DNA from: Candidatus Latescibacterota bacterium
GTDB taxonomy: Bacteria > Latescibacterota > UBA2968 > UBA8231
Assembly (NCBI GenBank): GCA_965221775.1
Contig: CBDCSU010000006.1
Coordinates: 2,208,001-2,272,000 of the forward strand
Direction of reading: 5' to 3'
DNA length: 64,000 nt
The notes beneath the pieces were generated by a model, which did no database searches, was not told the origin of the DNA, and saw only the letters and a list, made by a program, of their open reading frames with translations. The position numbers and the translations under genes were made by a program. Below, piece after piece: positions 8,818 through 19,900 of this stretch (positions are counted from its first letter, which is position 1; each line of letters starts with the position of its first letter).

Positions 8818-10002
8818 ATGACCGGGCCGGCACCCCCCAAGAGCTACCTCGAGGGATACGGGAAGGCCCGTCGGCACGACGCCGAGAGGGCCGACAACTA
8901 CATGCGCCACATCCACATCGGCGATCCTCCGCTGGACCAAGTGATGGAGGAACTGGCGTCCCTGCCGCCGCCGGACCTGCATCGCTTCATCCAGGCCGGC
9001 ATAGACCAGGAGAGCGAGGGCCTGCGCACCGCGCCGCGGGTCATGCGCGAGTTCTTCGACAGGGTCGACTCCGAGAATCCACCCTGGTTCGACTACGAGG
9101 CCTTCAGGCCCGGCGTCCGCGCCTTCCACTTGAACGCCACGCGGGTGCTCGTCGCCTTCGTCACGGGGGTGCTGATCGAGGGCTTCTCCACCCTCATCGC
9201 CAAGTCCTTCGCCACCACCGGGCGCGTGCTCAACCGGTCGACGGCGAGAAGGCGCCTCATGCAGAACAACCGGCATCTGCTGGAGGTGTTCTTTCCGGGC
9301 GGCCTGCGGCGCAACGGCGACGGCTGGAAGCTGTCCATGCGCCTGCGCTTCGTTCACGCCCGCGTGAGGCACCTGCTGGCGAACTCCGACGAATGGGATC
9401 AGGAGGCCCATGGCACGCCCCTGCACGCGGCGCACCTGGGCCTTGCCACGACCGTCTTCTCCATGCGCCTGCTGCAACACGCCGCCGCCGTGGGCGCCAT
9501 CTTCAACCAGGAAGAGCAGAAGAGCGTCATGGACATCTGGCGCTATACCGGCCACGTCATGGGTGTCCCCGAAGGCATGCTCTTCACCGACAGGGAAGAC
9601 GCGAAGGAGATCTTCAAGGTCGCTCACATGTGCGAGCCGGCCCCGGACCAGGACTCGGCCACCATGGCCAACGCGCTGATCGGGGCGATTCCACTGACCG
9701 CGGGAATAGCCGACCCGGACGAGCAGGAAGCGGTGATGAAGCTCGCCTACACTCTCTCCCGGGCCCTGATCGGCAACGAGATGGCCAACCAGCTGCAGTT
9801 TCCGAAGACCCGGACCTTCGGGGCCCTCTTCGCCTACCGGATCAAGCAACGCTTCCAAGGTCTGATCAAGAGCAAGGAGCTGCTCCGATCGGAGAACTTC
9901 TGCCAGCTCCTGGAGATCTCGGCGTACGACGAATCCGAGAAGACCGGCCTGAGCTACCGGATGCCCGACCACGTACGCGCATCCAGGTCGAGCCCCTGGT
10001 GA
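8818..10002 (+). CDS. Oxygenase MpaB / rubber oxygenase Lcp catalytic-domain family (DUF2236)
   Basis: GDPPLD, PPWFD, TGR, RLRFVHARVR (heme-His region), WRYTGHVMGV; start set at ATG 8818. Confidence 0.82.
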   Translation: MTGPAPPKSYLEGYGKARRHDAERADNYMRHIHIGDPPLDQVMEELASLPPPDLHRFIQAGIDQESEGLRTAPRVMREFFDRVDSENPPWFDYEAFRPGVRAFHLNATRVLVAFVTGVLIEGFSTLIAKSFATTGRVLNRSTARRRLMQNNRHLLEVFFPGGLRRNGDGWKLSMRLRFVHARVRHLLANSDEWDQEAHGTPLHAAHLGLATTVFSMRLLQHAAAVGAIFNQEEQKSVMDIWRYTGHVMGVPEGMLFTDREDAKEIFKVAHMCEPAPDQDSATMANALIGAIPLTAGIADPDEQEAVMKLAYTLSRALIGNEMANQLQFPKTRTFGALFAYRIKQRFQGLIKSKELLRSENFCQLLEISAYDESEKTGLSYRMPDHVRASRSSPW

Positions 10003-10005
10003 GGG

Positions 10006-12291
10006 ATGACGCTGGACCGCTACATCGCCGCTGTCCTCTCCTACCGGTGGCCCGTCGTCCTCCTCGCCTCGGTGGGGATGCTGGCCTTGGCGGCGGGTGC
10101 GCGCTTCATCACCGTCACCAACGACTACCGCATCCTCCTCGGTGAGGACAACCCGCAGCTGGCCGCCTTCGACGCCCTGCAGAACACCTACTCCGTCTCC
10201 AACCAGGTGTTGATCGCCGTAACGCCCCGGGACGGCACCGTCTTCAGCCGCCAGACCCTCGGCGTCATCGAGGAGTTGACCGAGGCCGGGTGGCGCACTC
10301 CCTACTCCGGCCGGGTGAACTCACTCACCAACTACACCCACAGCGAGGGCCTCGAGGACGACCTGGTGGTGGGCCCCCTCGTCGAGGACGCCCAGTCCCT
10401 GAGCGACAGGGATCTGCGGCGGGTGGAGGAGATCGCCCTCGGCGCGGCCGATATTGCCGGACGCCTCGTATCCCGGGACGGACGCACGGCCGGTCTGGCG
10501 ATCGACTTCGTCCTGCCCGAAGAGCACGACAAGGCGGTGGTGGAGATCACCGACTTCCTCCGTTCGGAGCTGGAGCAGGTCCGGGCGGACCATCCCGGCA
10601 TCGACTGCTACCTGACGGGCGACGTCGTCATGAGCCGGACCTTCGCCGACGCCACCCGGGACGATCTGGAGACCCTGACTCCGATCGTCTTTGTCATCAT
10701 CGTCGGCCTCACGGTGCTGATCCTGCGCTCCGTTCTGGGAGCCGCCGCGATCGTGGCGGTGCTGGTCTTCGTCGTCAACTCCACCGTGGGCTTCGCCGGA
10801 TGGAGGGGGGTCGTCTTCAGCCCCACCAATGCCGGCGTGCCGATCATCGTCATGGTCATCGCCATCGCCGATTCGATCCACATCGTCACGAGCGTCCTGC
10901 TGGGCCTGCGCCGTGGCCTGGAAAAGCACGCGGCGATCGCCGAATCGATGCGCATCAACGCCTATCCGGTCCTCATCACCTCGGTGACCACGGCCATCGG
11001 GTTCCTCAGTCTGAACGCCTCGGACTCGCCGCCCTTCCGGGTCCTCGGCAACTACGTGGCCTTCGGCGTGCTCTGCGCCTTCCTCTACACCATGACCCTC
11101 CTGCCCGCCCTGCTTTCCCTGCTGCCATTGCGGGCCCGTGCCGCCGGCGCGCAGCCGGGGAGAGCGGCGTTCTTCGACCGGCTGGCGGACTTCGTCATCG
11201 CCCGGCGCAAGCTCCTCCTCGGATCCCTCTCCCTGGGAGTAGTGGTCCTGATCATCGGCATCCCGCGCATCGAGCTGAGCGACAACATGGCCCGGTACTT
11301 CGACGACCGCTACGAGTTCCGGCGCCACACGGACTACATCGTCGACAACCTGACGGGCGTGGAGAAGCTGGAGTACTCCCTTGTTTCCGGGAGCGAAGGC
11401 GGCATCACCCGGCCCGAGTACCTGCGCAAGGTGGAGGCCTTCGCCGATTGGTTCCGCCAGCAGCCCGAGGTCACCCACGTGCAGGCTTTCCCGGATATCA
11501 TGAAACGTCTCAACAGGAACATGCACGGCGACGATCCGGCATACCATCGCGTGCCCGAAGACCCGGACCTGGCGGCGCAGTACCTGTTGCTCTACGAGCT
11601 CTCCCTTCCCTTCGGCAGCGACCTCAACGACCGCATCGACGTGGCCAAGTCGGCCACCCGCATGGTGGTGGTGACACGGAACGCCTGGTCCCGGGACCTG
11701 CGCGCTCTCGACCAGCGGGCCCTCGACTGGCTCGATGCGAATGTGCCCGACTTCTCCCAGGAGGCGTCCGGACTGAGCGTCGTCTTCGCCCACCTGTCCC
11801 TGCGGAACATCCACAGCATGCTGCGCGGGACGATCGTGGCCATGGCCCTCATCTCCTTCGTCCTCATATGGATCTTCCGGAGCGTCCGGGTCGGGCTCCT
11901 GAGTCTGCTTCCGAACTTCATACCGGCCCTCATGAGCTTTGGCCTGTGGGGCTATCTCGTGGGCCACGTGGGCATCGCTTCCTCCGTGGTGATCGCCGTC
12001 GTCTTCGGCATCGTCGTGGATGACACGGTTCACTTCCTGAGCAAGTACCTGAAGGCGCGGCGGGAGGGCCTTGAGGCCGCCGAGGCGGTGAGGTCCGCCT
12101 TTCACACGGTGGGTCATGCCTTGTGGACGACGACGGCGGTCCTCTCGGCCGGCTTCCTGGTCTTTGCCACATCGGGATTCGAGGTGAGCTGGGCCCTCGG
12201 CCTCCTCGTGACGTTCACGATCGTCTTCGCCCTGGTCGCCGATTTCCTGCTCCTTCCACCCCTGCTGATCGCCATCGACCGGAGGAAGTAG
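10006..12291 (+). CDS. MMPL/RND family lipid transporter
   Basis: Two repeats with IAIADSIH and GIVVDDTVH motifs, TSVTTAIGF, about 12 TM helices. Confidence 0.92.
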   Translation: MTLDRYIAAVLSYRWPVVLLASVGMLALAAGARFITVTNDYRILLGEDNPQLAAFDALQNTYSVSNQVLIAVTPRDGTVFSRQTLGVIEELTEAGWRTPYSGRVNSLTNYTHSEGLEDDLVVGPLVEDAQSLSDRDLRRVEEIALGAADIAGRLVSRDGRTAGLAIDFVLPEEHDKAVVEITDFLRSELEQVRADHPGIDCYLTGDVVMSRTFADATRDDLETLTPIVFVIIVGLTVLILRSVLGAAAIVAVLVFVVNSTVGFAGWRGVVFSPTNAGVPIIVMVIAIADSIHIVTSVLLGLRRGLEKHAAIAESMRINAYPVLITSVTTAIGFLSLNASDSPPFRVLGNYVAFGVLCAFLYTMTLLPALLSLLPLRARAAGAQPGRAAFFDRLADFVIARRKLLLGSLSLGVVVLIIGIPRIELSDNMARYFDDRYEFRRHTDYIVDNLTGVEKLEYSLVSGSEGGITRPEYLRKVEAFADWFRQQPEVTHVQAFPDIMKRLNRNMHGDDPAYHRVPEDPDLAAQYLLLYELSLPFGSDLNDRIDVAKSATRMVVVTRNAWSRDLRALDQRALDWLDANVPDFSQEASGLSVVFAHLSLRNIHSMLRGTIVAMALISFVLIWIFRSVRVGLLSLLPNFIPALMSFGLWGYLVGHVGIASSVVIAVVFGIVVDDTVHFLSKYLKARREGLEAAEAVRSAFHTVGHALWTTTAVLSAGFLVFATSGFEVSWALGLLVTFTIVFALVADFLLLPPLLIAIDRRK

Positions 12292-12294
12292 ATC

Positions 12295-13116
12295 ATGCCC
12301 CTGCCCCGGGTCCGACAAGTGCTCCGCTTCTCCTTCATGCCGGCCATGGCGTGGGCCCTTCTGGAAGTCCCGTCTCCCGCTCCATCCCGGGGATCCCCCG
12401 AGGAGGCGGCGGGGCTCCGGATCGCCAGGGAAGCCCGGTCCCTGGAGGAGGGCTTCGGCAGCTTCAGCGCCCGGCAGGTCATGGTGCTGCGCAACAAGCA
12501 GGGGCAGGAGAGCCGCCGCCAGCTGCGCGTGAGGGTTCTCGAGGTCCCGGGGGAGGGCGACAAGAGCCTCTTCGTCTTCGATGACCCTCCCGACGTGGAA
12601 GGCACGGCCCTGCTCATCCATGCGAACAAGGAAGACTCGGACGATCAGTGGCTGTATCTCCCGGCGCTGAAGCGCGTCAAGCGCATCAGCTCGTCGAACC
12701 GGTCGGGCTCCTTCATGGGCAGCGAGTTCGCCTATGAAGACCTGACCCCCCAGGCGGTGGAGAAGTTCACCTACCGGTACCTGCGGGACGAACCCTGCGG
12801 CCCGTCGACCTGCACGGTCTCCGAGCGGTTCCCCGTGGACAGGAAGTCGGGGTACAGCCGCCAGGTGGTCTGGCGCGACAAGGACGAGCTCCGGGTGTGG
12901 AAGGTCGAGTACTACGACCGCAAGGATGCCCATCTGAAGACGCTCACCCTCGATGACTATCAGCAGTACCTGGGGCGTTACTGGCGGGCGGGCGAGATGA
13001 CGATGGAGAACCACCTCACCGGCAAGAGCACCGTCCTGACCTGGACCGACTACCGGTTCGGTACCGACCTGGACAAGCGCGACTTCACACGGACCGGGCT
13101 GAGACGCGCCCGTTGA
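12295..13116 (+). CDS. Outer-membrane lipoprotein-sorting (LolA-like) protein
   Basis: FDDPPDVEGTALL, DDQWLYLPALKRVKRI, SFMGSEFAYED, YYDRK. Confidence 0.88.
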   Translation: MPLPRVRQVLRFSFMPAMAWALLEVPSPAPSRGSPEEAAGLRIAREARSLEEGFGSFSARQVMVLRNKQGQESRRQLRVRVLEVPGEGDKSLFVFDDPPDVEGTALLIHANKEDSDDQWLYLPALKRVKRISSSNRSGSFMGSEFAYEDLTPQAVEKFTYRYLRDEPCGPSTCTVSERFPVDRKSGYSRQVVWRDKDELRVWKVEYYDRKDAHLKTLTLDDYQQYLGRYWRAGEMTMENHLTGKSTVLTWTDYRFGTDLDKRDFTRTGLRRAR

Positions 13117-14384
13117 TGAGGCTTCGGGGCGGTCTGCACCGCGCGCTGCCCCCGGCGGTCTGGATCCTGGCCTCGGCTCTCGCCGGAGGAGCGGGAGCCG
13201 CCCCCTGGCTGGATCACCGGTTCTCCGGGAGCGCCCGTGTCGAGACGCGCTGGTTTCCGGAGGCCCCGGCCCACGCGGTGCAAGGCCGTCACGCGAGCGG
13301 GTTCGTGACGGCCCCGCGCCTCTACCTCTCGGACCCCGGGGGCCGGAGCCTCACCGTCGCGCCAATCTTCCGATATGACTCCGCGGACCCCCGCCGCACC
13401 CATGCCGACCTTCGGGAGGCGGCGCTGCTGCTCTTCGGGGAAGTCGGCGACGGGGAGTGGGAGCTGCGGGCGGGCCTCGACCAGGTCTTCTGGGGCGTCG
13501 CCGAATCCCAGCACCTGGTCGACATCGTGAACCAGGTCGACTTCGTCGAGCATCCCGACGGCGAGGCCAAGCTGGGACAGGCCATGGTTCATCTCACCTG
13601 GTCCGGCGACTGGGGGGCGCTGGAGTTGTTCGGCCTTCCCTTTCACCGGGCCCGGACCTTTCCGGGCTCCTCGGGCCGGCTGCGCCTGCCTCTTGTCGTG
13701 AAGGAGAGTCCAGTCGAGTACGAGAGCGAAGCCGGGGCGCGGCACCTGGATCTGGCCGCCAGGTACAGTCAGGGTATCGGCCCCGCCGACGTCGGCCTGA
13801 GCCTCTTCCGGGGCACCAGCCGGGAGCCCTTCCTGCTCCTGGGCGCGGAGCCGGAACGCGGGCCAGCCCTGATCCAGCACTACGAGCAGATCCGGCAGGC
13901 CGGGCTGGACGTGCAACTGACGACCGGTTCGTGGCTGATCAAGCTGGAGGCCATTCACCGCGCCGGAGCCCGCAACCGCCTCGGCCGGGACGAGGACTAC
14001 GCCGCCTCGGTCATGGGGGCGGAGCAGACGCTCTATTCAGTGCTTGGCACCACGGCCGATCTCGGCCTGCTGGGCGAATGGAGCTACGATGGACGGGGGC
14101 CCAGGGCCACGCCGGGACGCACCCCGAATACCCTGGAGAACGACCTCTTCGTCGGCGGACGCCTCGCCCTGAACGATGTCCAGAGCACCGAGATTCTCGG
14201 CGGCCTGGTGATGGACCTGGAGCGTTCCACGCGCACCTTCGCCATCGAGCTCAACCGGCGGATCTCCGGCCGCTGGTCCCTGCGCCTGGAGGCGGTCGGT
14301 CTTCTCGCCATCGACGCGGCGGATCTCCACTACCCGACGCGCCGCGACAGCTTCGTCGATCTGGGTCTGAGCTGGAATCTGTAG
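13113..14384 (+). CDS. Putative outer-membrane beta-barrel protein accompanying MMPL/LolA-like genes
   Basis: Signal peptide, DLREA, VFWGVAESQHLVDIVNQ, C-terminal aromatic strand LSWNL. Confidence 0.7.
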   Translation: MMRLRGGLHRALPPAVWILASALAGGAGAAPWLDHRFSGSARVETRWFPEAPAHAVQGRHASGFVTAPRLYLSDPGGRSLTVAPIFRYDSADPRRTHADLREAALLLFGEVGDGEWELRAGLDQVFWGVAESQHLVDIVNQVDFVEHPDGEAKLGQAMVHLTWSGDWGALELFGLPFHRARTFPGSSGRLRLPLVVKESPVEYESEAGARHLDLAARYSQGIGPADVGLSLFRGTSREPFLLLGAEPERGPALIQHYEQIRQAGLDVQLTTGSWLIKLEAIHRAGARNRLGRDEDYAASVMGAEQTLYSVLGTTADLGLLGEWSYDGRGPRATPGRTPNTLENDLFVGGRLALNDVQSTEILGGLVMDLERSTRTFAIELNRRISGRWSLRLEAVGLLAIDAADLHYPTRRDSFVDLGLSWNL

Positions 14385-14393
14385 CAGATGCGG

Positions 14394-14413
14394 CGGAGCC
14401 GGGTGCGGCTCCG
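14394..14413. terminator. Hairpin between convergent operons (candidate bidirectional terminator)
   Basis: CGGAGCCG-ggtg-CGGCTCCG perfect 8-bp stem; no U-tract. Confidence 0.45.
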
Positions 14414-14421
14414 AGCCCTCG

Positions 14422-15360
14422 TCAGGCGCCGGCGAGGCCGGGATTCAGGATGTCGGGAAGGCTGAAGCGCACGTTCTCGACGATCCCGTCCATCGTCGAG
14501 ATCTCCAGTTGGGCGTGTCCCTTCAACCTGTCGATGAGCTCGTGCACCAGCTCCTCCGGTGTCGAGGCGCCGGCGGTGATGCCGATGCTCTCGACTCCCG
14601 CCAGCCACTCGGGATCCAGCTTTGAAGGATCCTCGATCAGATAGCTGGGCACGCCGATGTCGTTGCCCACCTCGCACAGGCGATTGGAGTTGGAGCTGTT
14701 CTCCGCGCCCACGACCAGCAACAGGTCGACCTCGGCGGCGAGGGCGCGCACCGCGGCCTGGCGGTTCTGGGTGGCGTAGCAGATGTCCTTCACGTCGGGT
14801 CCGAGGATCTTCGGGAAGCGTCGCCGCAGGGCCGTGATCACCTCCCGCGTATCGTCGACGGACAGGGTCGTCTGGGTGATGTAGGCGACCTTTTCGGGAT
14901 CCCGCACCTCGAGGGCCTCCACCCCTTCCGCGTCGCTCACCAGGAGAACCGGCCCCGGGATCTGTCCCACCGTGCCTTCCACCTCCGGATGGTTCTCGTG
15001 GCCGATGAGGATGATGTCGTACCCCTTGGCGGCGTAGCGCCGGCCCTCCTTGTGCACCTTGGAGACCAGGGGGCAGGTGGCATCGAGGGAACGCAGGTCA
15101 CGCGTCGCGGCATCCTCCTCGACCTTCCTCGATACGCCATGGGCGCTGAAGACGGTGATCGCGCCGTTGGGTACCTGGTCGATCTGTTCCACGAACCGGA
15201 CCCCCTTGGCCCGGAGGTTCTCGACGACCCGTGGATTGTGGACGATCTCGTGCCGTACGTAGATCGGGGGGCCGTACTGCTCCAGCGCTGCCTCGACGAT
15301 CTCGATGGCCCGCTCAACGCCGGCGCAGAATCCGCGGGGCTGGGCAAGAATGACTCGCAT
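14422..15360 (-). CDS. ispH: 4-hydroxy-3-methylbut-2-enyl diphosphate reductase
   Basis: [50 protein letters not shown]. Confidence 0.97.
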   Translation of the reverse strand: MRVILAQPRGFCAGVERAIEIVEAALEQYGPPIYVRHEIVHNPRVVENLRAKGVRFVEQIDQVPNGAITVFSAHGVSRKVEEDAATRDLRSLDATCPLVSKVHKEGRRYAAKGYDIILIGHENHPEVEGTVGQIPGPVLLVSDAEGVEALEVRDPEKVAYITQTTLSVDDTREVITALRRRFPKILGPDVKDICYATQNRQAAVRALAAEVDLLLVVGAENSSNSNRLCEVGNDIGVPSYLIEDPSKLDPEWLAGVESIGITAGASTPEELVHELIDRLKGHAQLEISTMDGIVENVRFSLPDILNPGLAGA

Positions 15361-15378
15361 CGTCTCTCCTCCTCTCGG

Positions 15379-16500
15379 CTACCTGTCGGCGACCTTCTTG
15401 AGGCCTGGGCGTCGTTCGGTGTTCAGGTCGGGGGAAGGCGGCGGCTCGAAACGCCCTCCCATGCGAGGTCGGGAGAGCCCTCGAGTCCACGCTTTGAAGA
15501 GGAGCTTCAAAGCCAGGTTGGAGCGCACCAGGGCACTGGTGACGAGGGCAACGGCCCGCACGCTGCGGCGGGAGATCTTCACTTCCTGTCCGTCCTTGAA
15601 GGACGGAGTGGCGTGAATGCGGCGCAAGGTGAGCACCGCCATCCCAAGGGCCCACAGACAGTGGCGGCGGATGCCGGTCTCGCGGGCGGGGATGATCAGG
15701 ATGTAGCCCAAGGCCTTCTCCAGGTGCCAGTGGGCGATGGCCACCAGCTCCAGGAGCCCGTCGATGAAGGCGGGGTCGTCCCGCCCGGCGGGAAGGGAGC
15801 GTATCTCGGAGCCGGCCTCGAGGAAGACGTCGCGCGGCAGCCAGCAGGCGCCGCGGCGGCGGTCGTCCCACATGTCCTTGAGGATGTTGGTCATCTGCAG
15901 GCCCTGCCCGAAGGAGACGGAGAGGGCGAGCAGGTCCTTGCGCCGTTCTGCGATTTCCGGTGAGTAGTCGCAGAACAGCTCGGTGAGCATCTCGCCGACG
16001 ACGCCGGCCACATGGTAGCAGTAGCGGTCGAGGTGTGGCAGATCGTCCAGGCCGTCCACCGTCGCCTGCTGCTGAAACTCGGACATCCCCCGGGACATGA
16101 TCCTCACGCAGCGCTCGAGGGCGGATCGCTGGGCGGGGCGGAAGCCCCGGGTGAGGCGGATGACCCGGGCGGTGTTGGCCACCAGGTCGTGCTCGCTCTC
16201 GGTCGTGGCGGAGGAGAGCAGGGCGCCGAGGTCGCGAGCGAAGGGCTGCGCCCCTTCGCGGCCGCTGACGACCTCGACGAAGCGCTCCGAGAAGGCCCGC
16301 TTCTGCGGGGCCGACAGGGCCGGCTCGTCCTCGATGGTGTCCGTGATCCGGCACAGGAGGTAGGCGTTGCCCACCACCTCGCGCAGCGGATCCGGAAGCT
16401 GCGGGATGGTGAGGGCGAAGGTCCGCGAGACCCCCTGGAGGATCTCCTCCTGGTAGGCGAGGTCGCTGTCTCTCGACCCGTTCGCCGAGGACCGCGTCAT
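15379..16500 (-). CDS. Squalene synthase-type head-to-head prenyltransferase (squalene/phytoene synthase family)
   Basis: Start ATG 16500 (MTRSSANG...); [47 protein letters not shown]. Confidence 0.9.
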   Translation of the reverse strand: MTRSSANGSRDSDLAYQEEILQGVSRTFALTIPQLPDPLREVVGNAYLLCRITDTIEDEPALSAPQKRAFSERFVEVVSGREGAQPFARDLGALLSSATTESEHDLVANTARVIRLTRGFRPAQRSALERCVRIMSRGMSEFQQQATVDGLDDLPHLDRYCYHVAGVVGEMLTELFCDYSPEIAERRKDLLALSVSFGQGLQMTNILKDMWDDRRRGACWLPRDVFLEAGSEIRSLPAGRDDPAFIDGLLELVAIAHWHLEKALGYILIIPARETGIRRHCLWALGMAVLTLRRIHATPSFKDGQEVKISRRSVRAVALVTSALVRSNLALKLLFKAWTRGLSRPRMGGRFEPPPSPDLNTERRPGLKKVADR

Positions 16501-17804
16501 CCCGGGGCCCTGCCGGCCGCCGGTATCCCGAAACGGTCGAGGGTGTTCTCCAGCGTCGGACGTCCGAGGCGGATCCGCCCGTCGTTCAACAGGAAGGAGA
16601 ACAGGTACCCGGCGGCGAGCATGAGGATGCCGATGAGGAAACAGTACATGACGGCCCTGTCGGGATAGACGTCCTTCAGGTGCCCCACGTAGAGCGGTCC
16701 GGCGATGCCGGCGGCGGCCCACGCCGTGAGGACCGCTCCGTAGATGGTGGACATCTTCTTCGTGCCGAAGACATCGAGGACGAAGGGCGGCATGGTGGCG
16801 AAGCCTCCCCCGAAGCAGAGAAGAACGTAGCAGACGAGGACGGAGAAGATCCAGGGGTTGGTCTCGGTCATGAGGATCCCGAAGACCACCATCTGACTGG
16901 CGAGAATGACTCGGAAGATCGTCACCCGTCCGAAGCGGTCGGAGAGCAATCCCCAGAACAGGCGCCCCAAGCCGTTGCAGATCGAGCTCACGGCGATGAG
17001 GGTGGCGCCGTACTCGGCCAGAGTGGTGGGCTCGATGGTGGTGTCCGCCAGGCCCCAGATCTCCTGGAGGAGCTCCGACTGGAAGCTGATCACGGAAATC
17101 CCGGCGGAGATGTTGAAGAAGAAGACGATCCACATGATGGTGAACTGGGTGGTGCGCAGGTAAGCGCCGGCGGAGTCGGGCTCGTCGAATCCGGGGGCCT
17201 CCTCCTCGGCGGCGGCGGGCAGTGCGGACTTCGGGGGATCGCTGAGGGCCAGGCTGCTGGGAATCAGGATGCAGGCGAAGACTATGCCGAGCCACACGAA
17301 GACCTGGGGCAGGGCTCCGGCGGTGCGGATGATCAGGAAGGGAGCCAGCCCCTTGCTCAGGAGAAAGGCCCCCACGCCGAAACCCATGACGACGATGCCG
17401 GTGGCCAGCCCCTTGCGGTCGGGGAACCACTTGGCAACCGTCGCCACCGGGGTCACGTATCCGAGGCCGATGCCCGCCCCGCCCACCACCCCGTAACCCA
17501 GGTAGAAGAGGGGCACCGAATCCAGGTGGAGGGCGGCCCCCGAGATCAGGTATCCAACCGAGAACAACAGGCTGCCGGCCACGGCGAGCCACCGCGGCCC
17601 GACCTTGGGAAGCATGTTGCCCGCCCAGGCGGCGGAGACGCCCAGGGTGAAGATGGCGATACTGAAGGCCCAGGCCGTCTCGGTATGGGTCCAGCCGACC
17701 TGCCGCACCAGCATGGTCTGGAAGAAGCTCCAGGCGTAGACCGTGCCGAAGCAGACCTGGAGGACCGTGCAGAAGAGGGCGATGACGCTTCGCGGCATGC
17801 GCAT
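16497..17804 (-). CDS. OFA (oxalate/formate antiporter-like) MFS transporter
   Basis: [56 protein letters not shown]. Confidence 0.9.
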   Translation of the reverse strand: MRMPRSVIALFCTVLQVCFGTVYAWSFFQTMLVRQVGWTHTETAWAFSIAIFTLGVSAAWAGNMLPKVGPRWLAVAGSLLFSVGYLISGAALHLDSVPLFYLGYGVVGGAGIGLGYVTPVATVAKWFPDRKGLATGIVVMGFGVGAFLLSKGLAPFLIIRTAGALPQVFVWLGIVFACILIPSSLALSDPPKSALPAAAEEEAPGFDEPDSAGAYLRTTQFTIMWIVFFFNISAGISVISFQSELLQEIWGLADTTIEPTTLAEYGATLIAVSSICNGLGRLFWGLLSDRFGRVTIFRVILASQMVVFGILMTETNPWIFSVLVCYVLLCFGGGFATMPPFVLDVFGTKKMSTIYGAVLTAWAAAGIAGPLYVGHLKDVYPDRAVMYCFLIGILMLAAGYLFSFLLNDGRIRLGRPTLENTLDRFGIPAAGRAPG

Positions 17805-17819
17805 CGCTGAACCGATCCC

Positions 17820-18563
17820 CTAGGGACGGCTCTCCGGCGGCGCCCCCGGCCCGTCCGGGGCCGGGGATCCACCCGAGACGTGGCGGAAGAGGCGGGCCAG
17901 GTCCCCTACCTCGTCATCGCGGGCCAGGAGCTCCTCCTTGGCGGCCTCCTCCTCAACCTCGCCGCCGGACAGCTCCACGGCATAGGAGAGCAGCGAGCCC
18001 AGCGGCTTGGCGGCGAGGTTGACGAGCCAGATGGAGGCCAGGACTCCGACGACGAGGAAGATGCTGATGAGGATCACCTGCTGGCCGATGGCCCGCTGAA
18101 TCTTGAGACCGATGATGTCGAGGTCCATGCCCACGTGGACGGTGCCGCCCACGCCGGCCAGGATCGGGCTGCCGACTTCCATGAAGTCGCCCATCCCCGG
18201 AATGCTCCGTTGGACGGGCTCGGTGCTGGCCGGATCGCTGGCGAGGACCTGCTCGGGTATGCCGGGCACGAAGGTGTGGGCCAGGTACTCGCCTTCTTCG
18301 CTGGTGATGTAGATGTAGCGGATCCCCTGGATCTCGACGAACTGGTCGATGAGGGATTGCAGCGTCGCCAGGTTTCTGTTGAGAAGGATGTCGACGCTGG
18401 AGTCGGCGATGCTCTTGGCGATGTTCCTGCAGTTGGTCTCGTACTCCTTCGACAGCTGAGTGTCCACCGTGTAAATGCACAGGGCGGAGGTGGACAGGAC
18501 GATCAGCCCGAAGAGGGCGAAGATGCCGAAGCGGGTCTTCTGAAAGAGCTTCTGGATCTTCAT
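17820..18563 (-). CDS. Membrane sensor protein (2 TM, Cache-like periplasmic domain, HAMP) lacking an output domain
   Basis: [10 protein letters not shown]..., [25 protein letters not shown]...[12 protein letters not shown], then a short Pro-rich tail and stop. Confidence 0.75.
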   Translation of the reverse strand: MKIQKLFQKTRFGIFALFGLIVLSTSALCIYTVDTQLSKEYETNCRNIAKSIADSSVDILLNRNLATLQSLIDQFVEIQGIRYIYITSEEGEYLAHTFVPGIPEQVLASDPASTEPVQRSIPGMGDFMEVGSPILAGVGGTVHVGMDLDIIGLKIQRAIGQQVILISIFLVVGVLASIWLVNLAAKPLGSLLSYAVELSGGEVEEEAAKEELLARDDEVGDLARLFRHVSGGSPAPDGPGAPPESRP

Positions 18564-19900
18564 CAGGAGAGCCACCCCTGCCAGTCGTCGAGGGTCACGA
18601 AGCGGCCGTCGCGGACGACGGTGTAGTAGACCCGCTGCAGCCCCTGCCGGCGAGTGGGTCCGAAGGAGACCTGCTCGCCGATGCCGAGATCGAAGTCGCG
18701 CACCGAGAACACCGCTTCCTCCAGCCCGGCCCTGTCGGGGGCGCCCTCCAGGCGCCGCAGGATCTCGGCCATCAGCTTGGCGTCGAGGAAGCCCTCCAGG
18801 CTGACGAAGCTCTGGGGGAACGGGCTGTAGGGTTCCTTGACGAGCTCCTCCGGAATCTGGGGGTCGTAGTGCGCCATCCGCTCGCGGTACTCCCGAACCG
18901 CGGGAATGGAGGTGTCCTCGTAGCTGGGTACGACCTGGGAGTTGACCAGGAGCCGCGTGTAGGGCTCGGGGTCGTCGCGGCCCTCGGTGAGCAGCTTGAG
19001 GAGGTTCTCGCTGCCCACGAAGGAGAGATTGGCGATGGGGACCCGAAGGCCCAGGTCGACAGCGTCGCGGGCGAAGCCGGCGCAGGCCGCGTAGGACCCG
19101 ATGCAGATGACGGCGTCGGGCGAGGCCCCCGTCAGGATCTCGACCTGACGCCTCATGCTGCCGGTGAACCTCTGACCCCGGCGGTAGGTCGCCTCGCCGA
19201 CGATCTTGCCGTCATGCTTCCTGAGGGCCGCCCGCACCCCCGCCCAGCCGCTGCGGCCGTAGGCGTCGGCCTGGTAGAACACGGCGATGCGCTTCCGGCC
19301 CGCGCGAACGAAGTTGTCCACGAGGCCGGCGGTCTCCTGGCGGTAGGAAGCGCGGAGGTTGAAGGCGAAGTCGCCGTAGGGCGGCTCCCTCTGGGGCTGG
19401 GCCCCGGTGAAGGGGAAGAACAGGTAGACCCGCTCGTCCTGGAACTTCTTCAGCAGCGGCAGGACGCGGGTGACGGTAGGCGTGCCCACGTAGCCGAAGA
19501 GCAGGAAGACGCGGTCCTCCAGCATGAGCTTCATGGTGTTGCGCACGCACGGGTCCGGCTGGTAGCCGTCGTCGTAGAGCTTGAGGGTGATCCGGCGGCC
19601 GCCGATGCCGCCGTTGTCGTTGACGTGGTTGAAGCAGGCCTTGGCGCCGCGGTAGAGCTCGCTGCCCAGGCCGCGGGAGGGACCGGAGAAGGCGGCGGAC
19701 ATACCGAGGACGATCTCGTCCTCGGAGGCCCGGTAGGGCTCGACGCCGGCGGCCCGGCCCGCCGACAAGAGCACGCCGGCGGCCCCGGAGCCGGCGCCCA
19801 AGCCCAGCCAGGGCGCCGCCAGGAGCCCGGACAGGCCGCGGCGGAGCAGGGCCCTCCGCGTCAGGACCTTCTCTTGGCCGGCAGCCTCGGGCGGGTGCAT
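18563..19900 (-). CDS. Tat-exported periplasmic ligand-binding protein (LivJ/type I PBP family)
   Basis: LTRRALL Tat-like signal; GMSAAFSGPSRGLG, DDGYQP, VGTPT, NLRASYRQE, LSFVGS; paralog of 2711..3898. Confidence 0.87.
   Translation of the reverse strand: MHPPEAAGQEKVLTRRALLRRGLSGLLAAPWLGLGAGSGAAGVLLSAGRAAGVEPYRASEDEIVLGMSAAFSGPSRGLGSELYRGAKACFNHVNDNGGIGGRRITLKLYDDGYQPDPCVRNTMKLMLEDRVFLLFGYVGTPTVTRVLPLLKKFQDERVYLFFPFTGAQPQREPPYGDFAFNLRASYRQETAGLVDNFVRAGRKRIAVFYQADAYGRSGWAGVRAALRKHDGKIVGEATYRRGQRFTGSMRRQVEILTGASPDAVICIGSYAACAGFARDAVDLGLRVPIANLSFVGSENLLKLLTEGRDDPEPYTRLLVNSQVVPSYEDTSIPAVREYRERMAHYDPQIPEELVKEPYSPFPQSFVSLEGFLDAKLMAEILRRLEGAPDRAGLEEAVFSVRDFDLGIGEQVSFGPTRRQGLQRVYYTVVRDGRFVTLDDWQGWLS

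Noticed and set aside
3634-13014. Several 800-990-aa minus-strand ORFs
   Set aside because: Antisense shadows of the kinase, permease and MMPL genes caused by GC-rich codon usage
16501-17592. Apparent MFS-squalene synthase fusion (737-aa ORF)
   Set aside because: The upstream part is an alternate frame of the OFA gene; SQS starts at 16500
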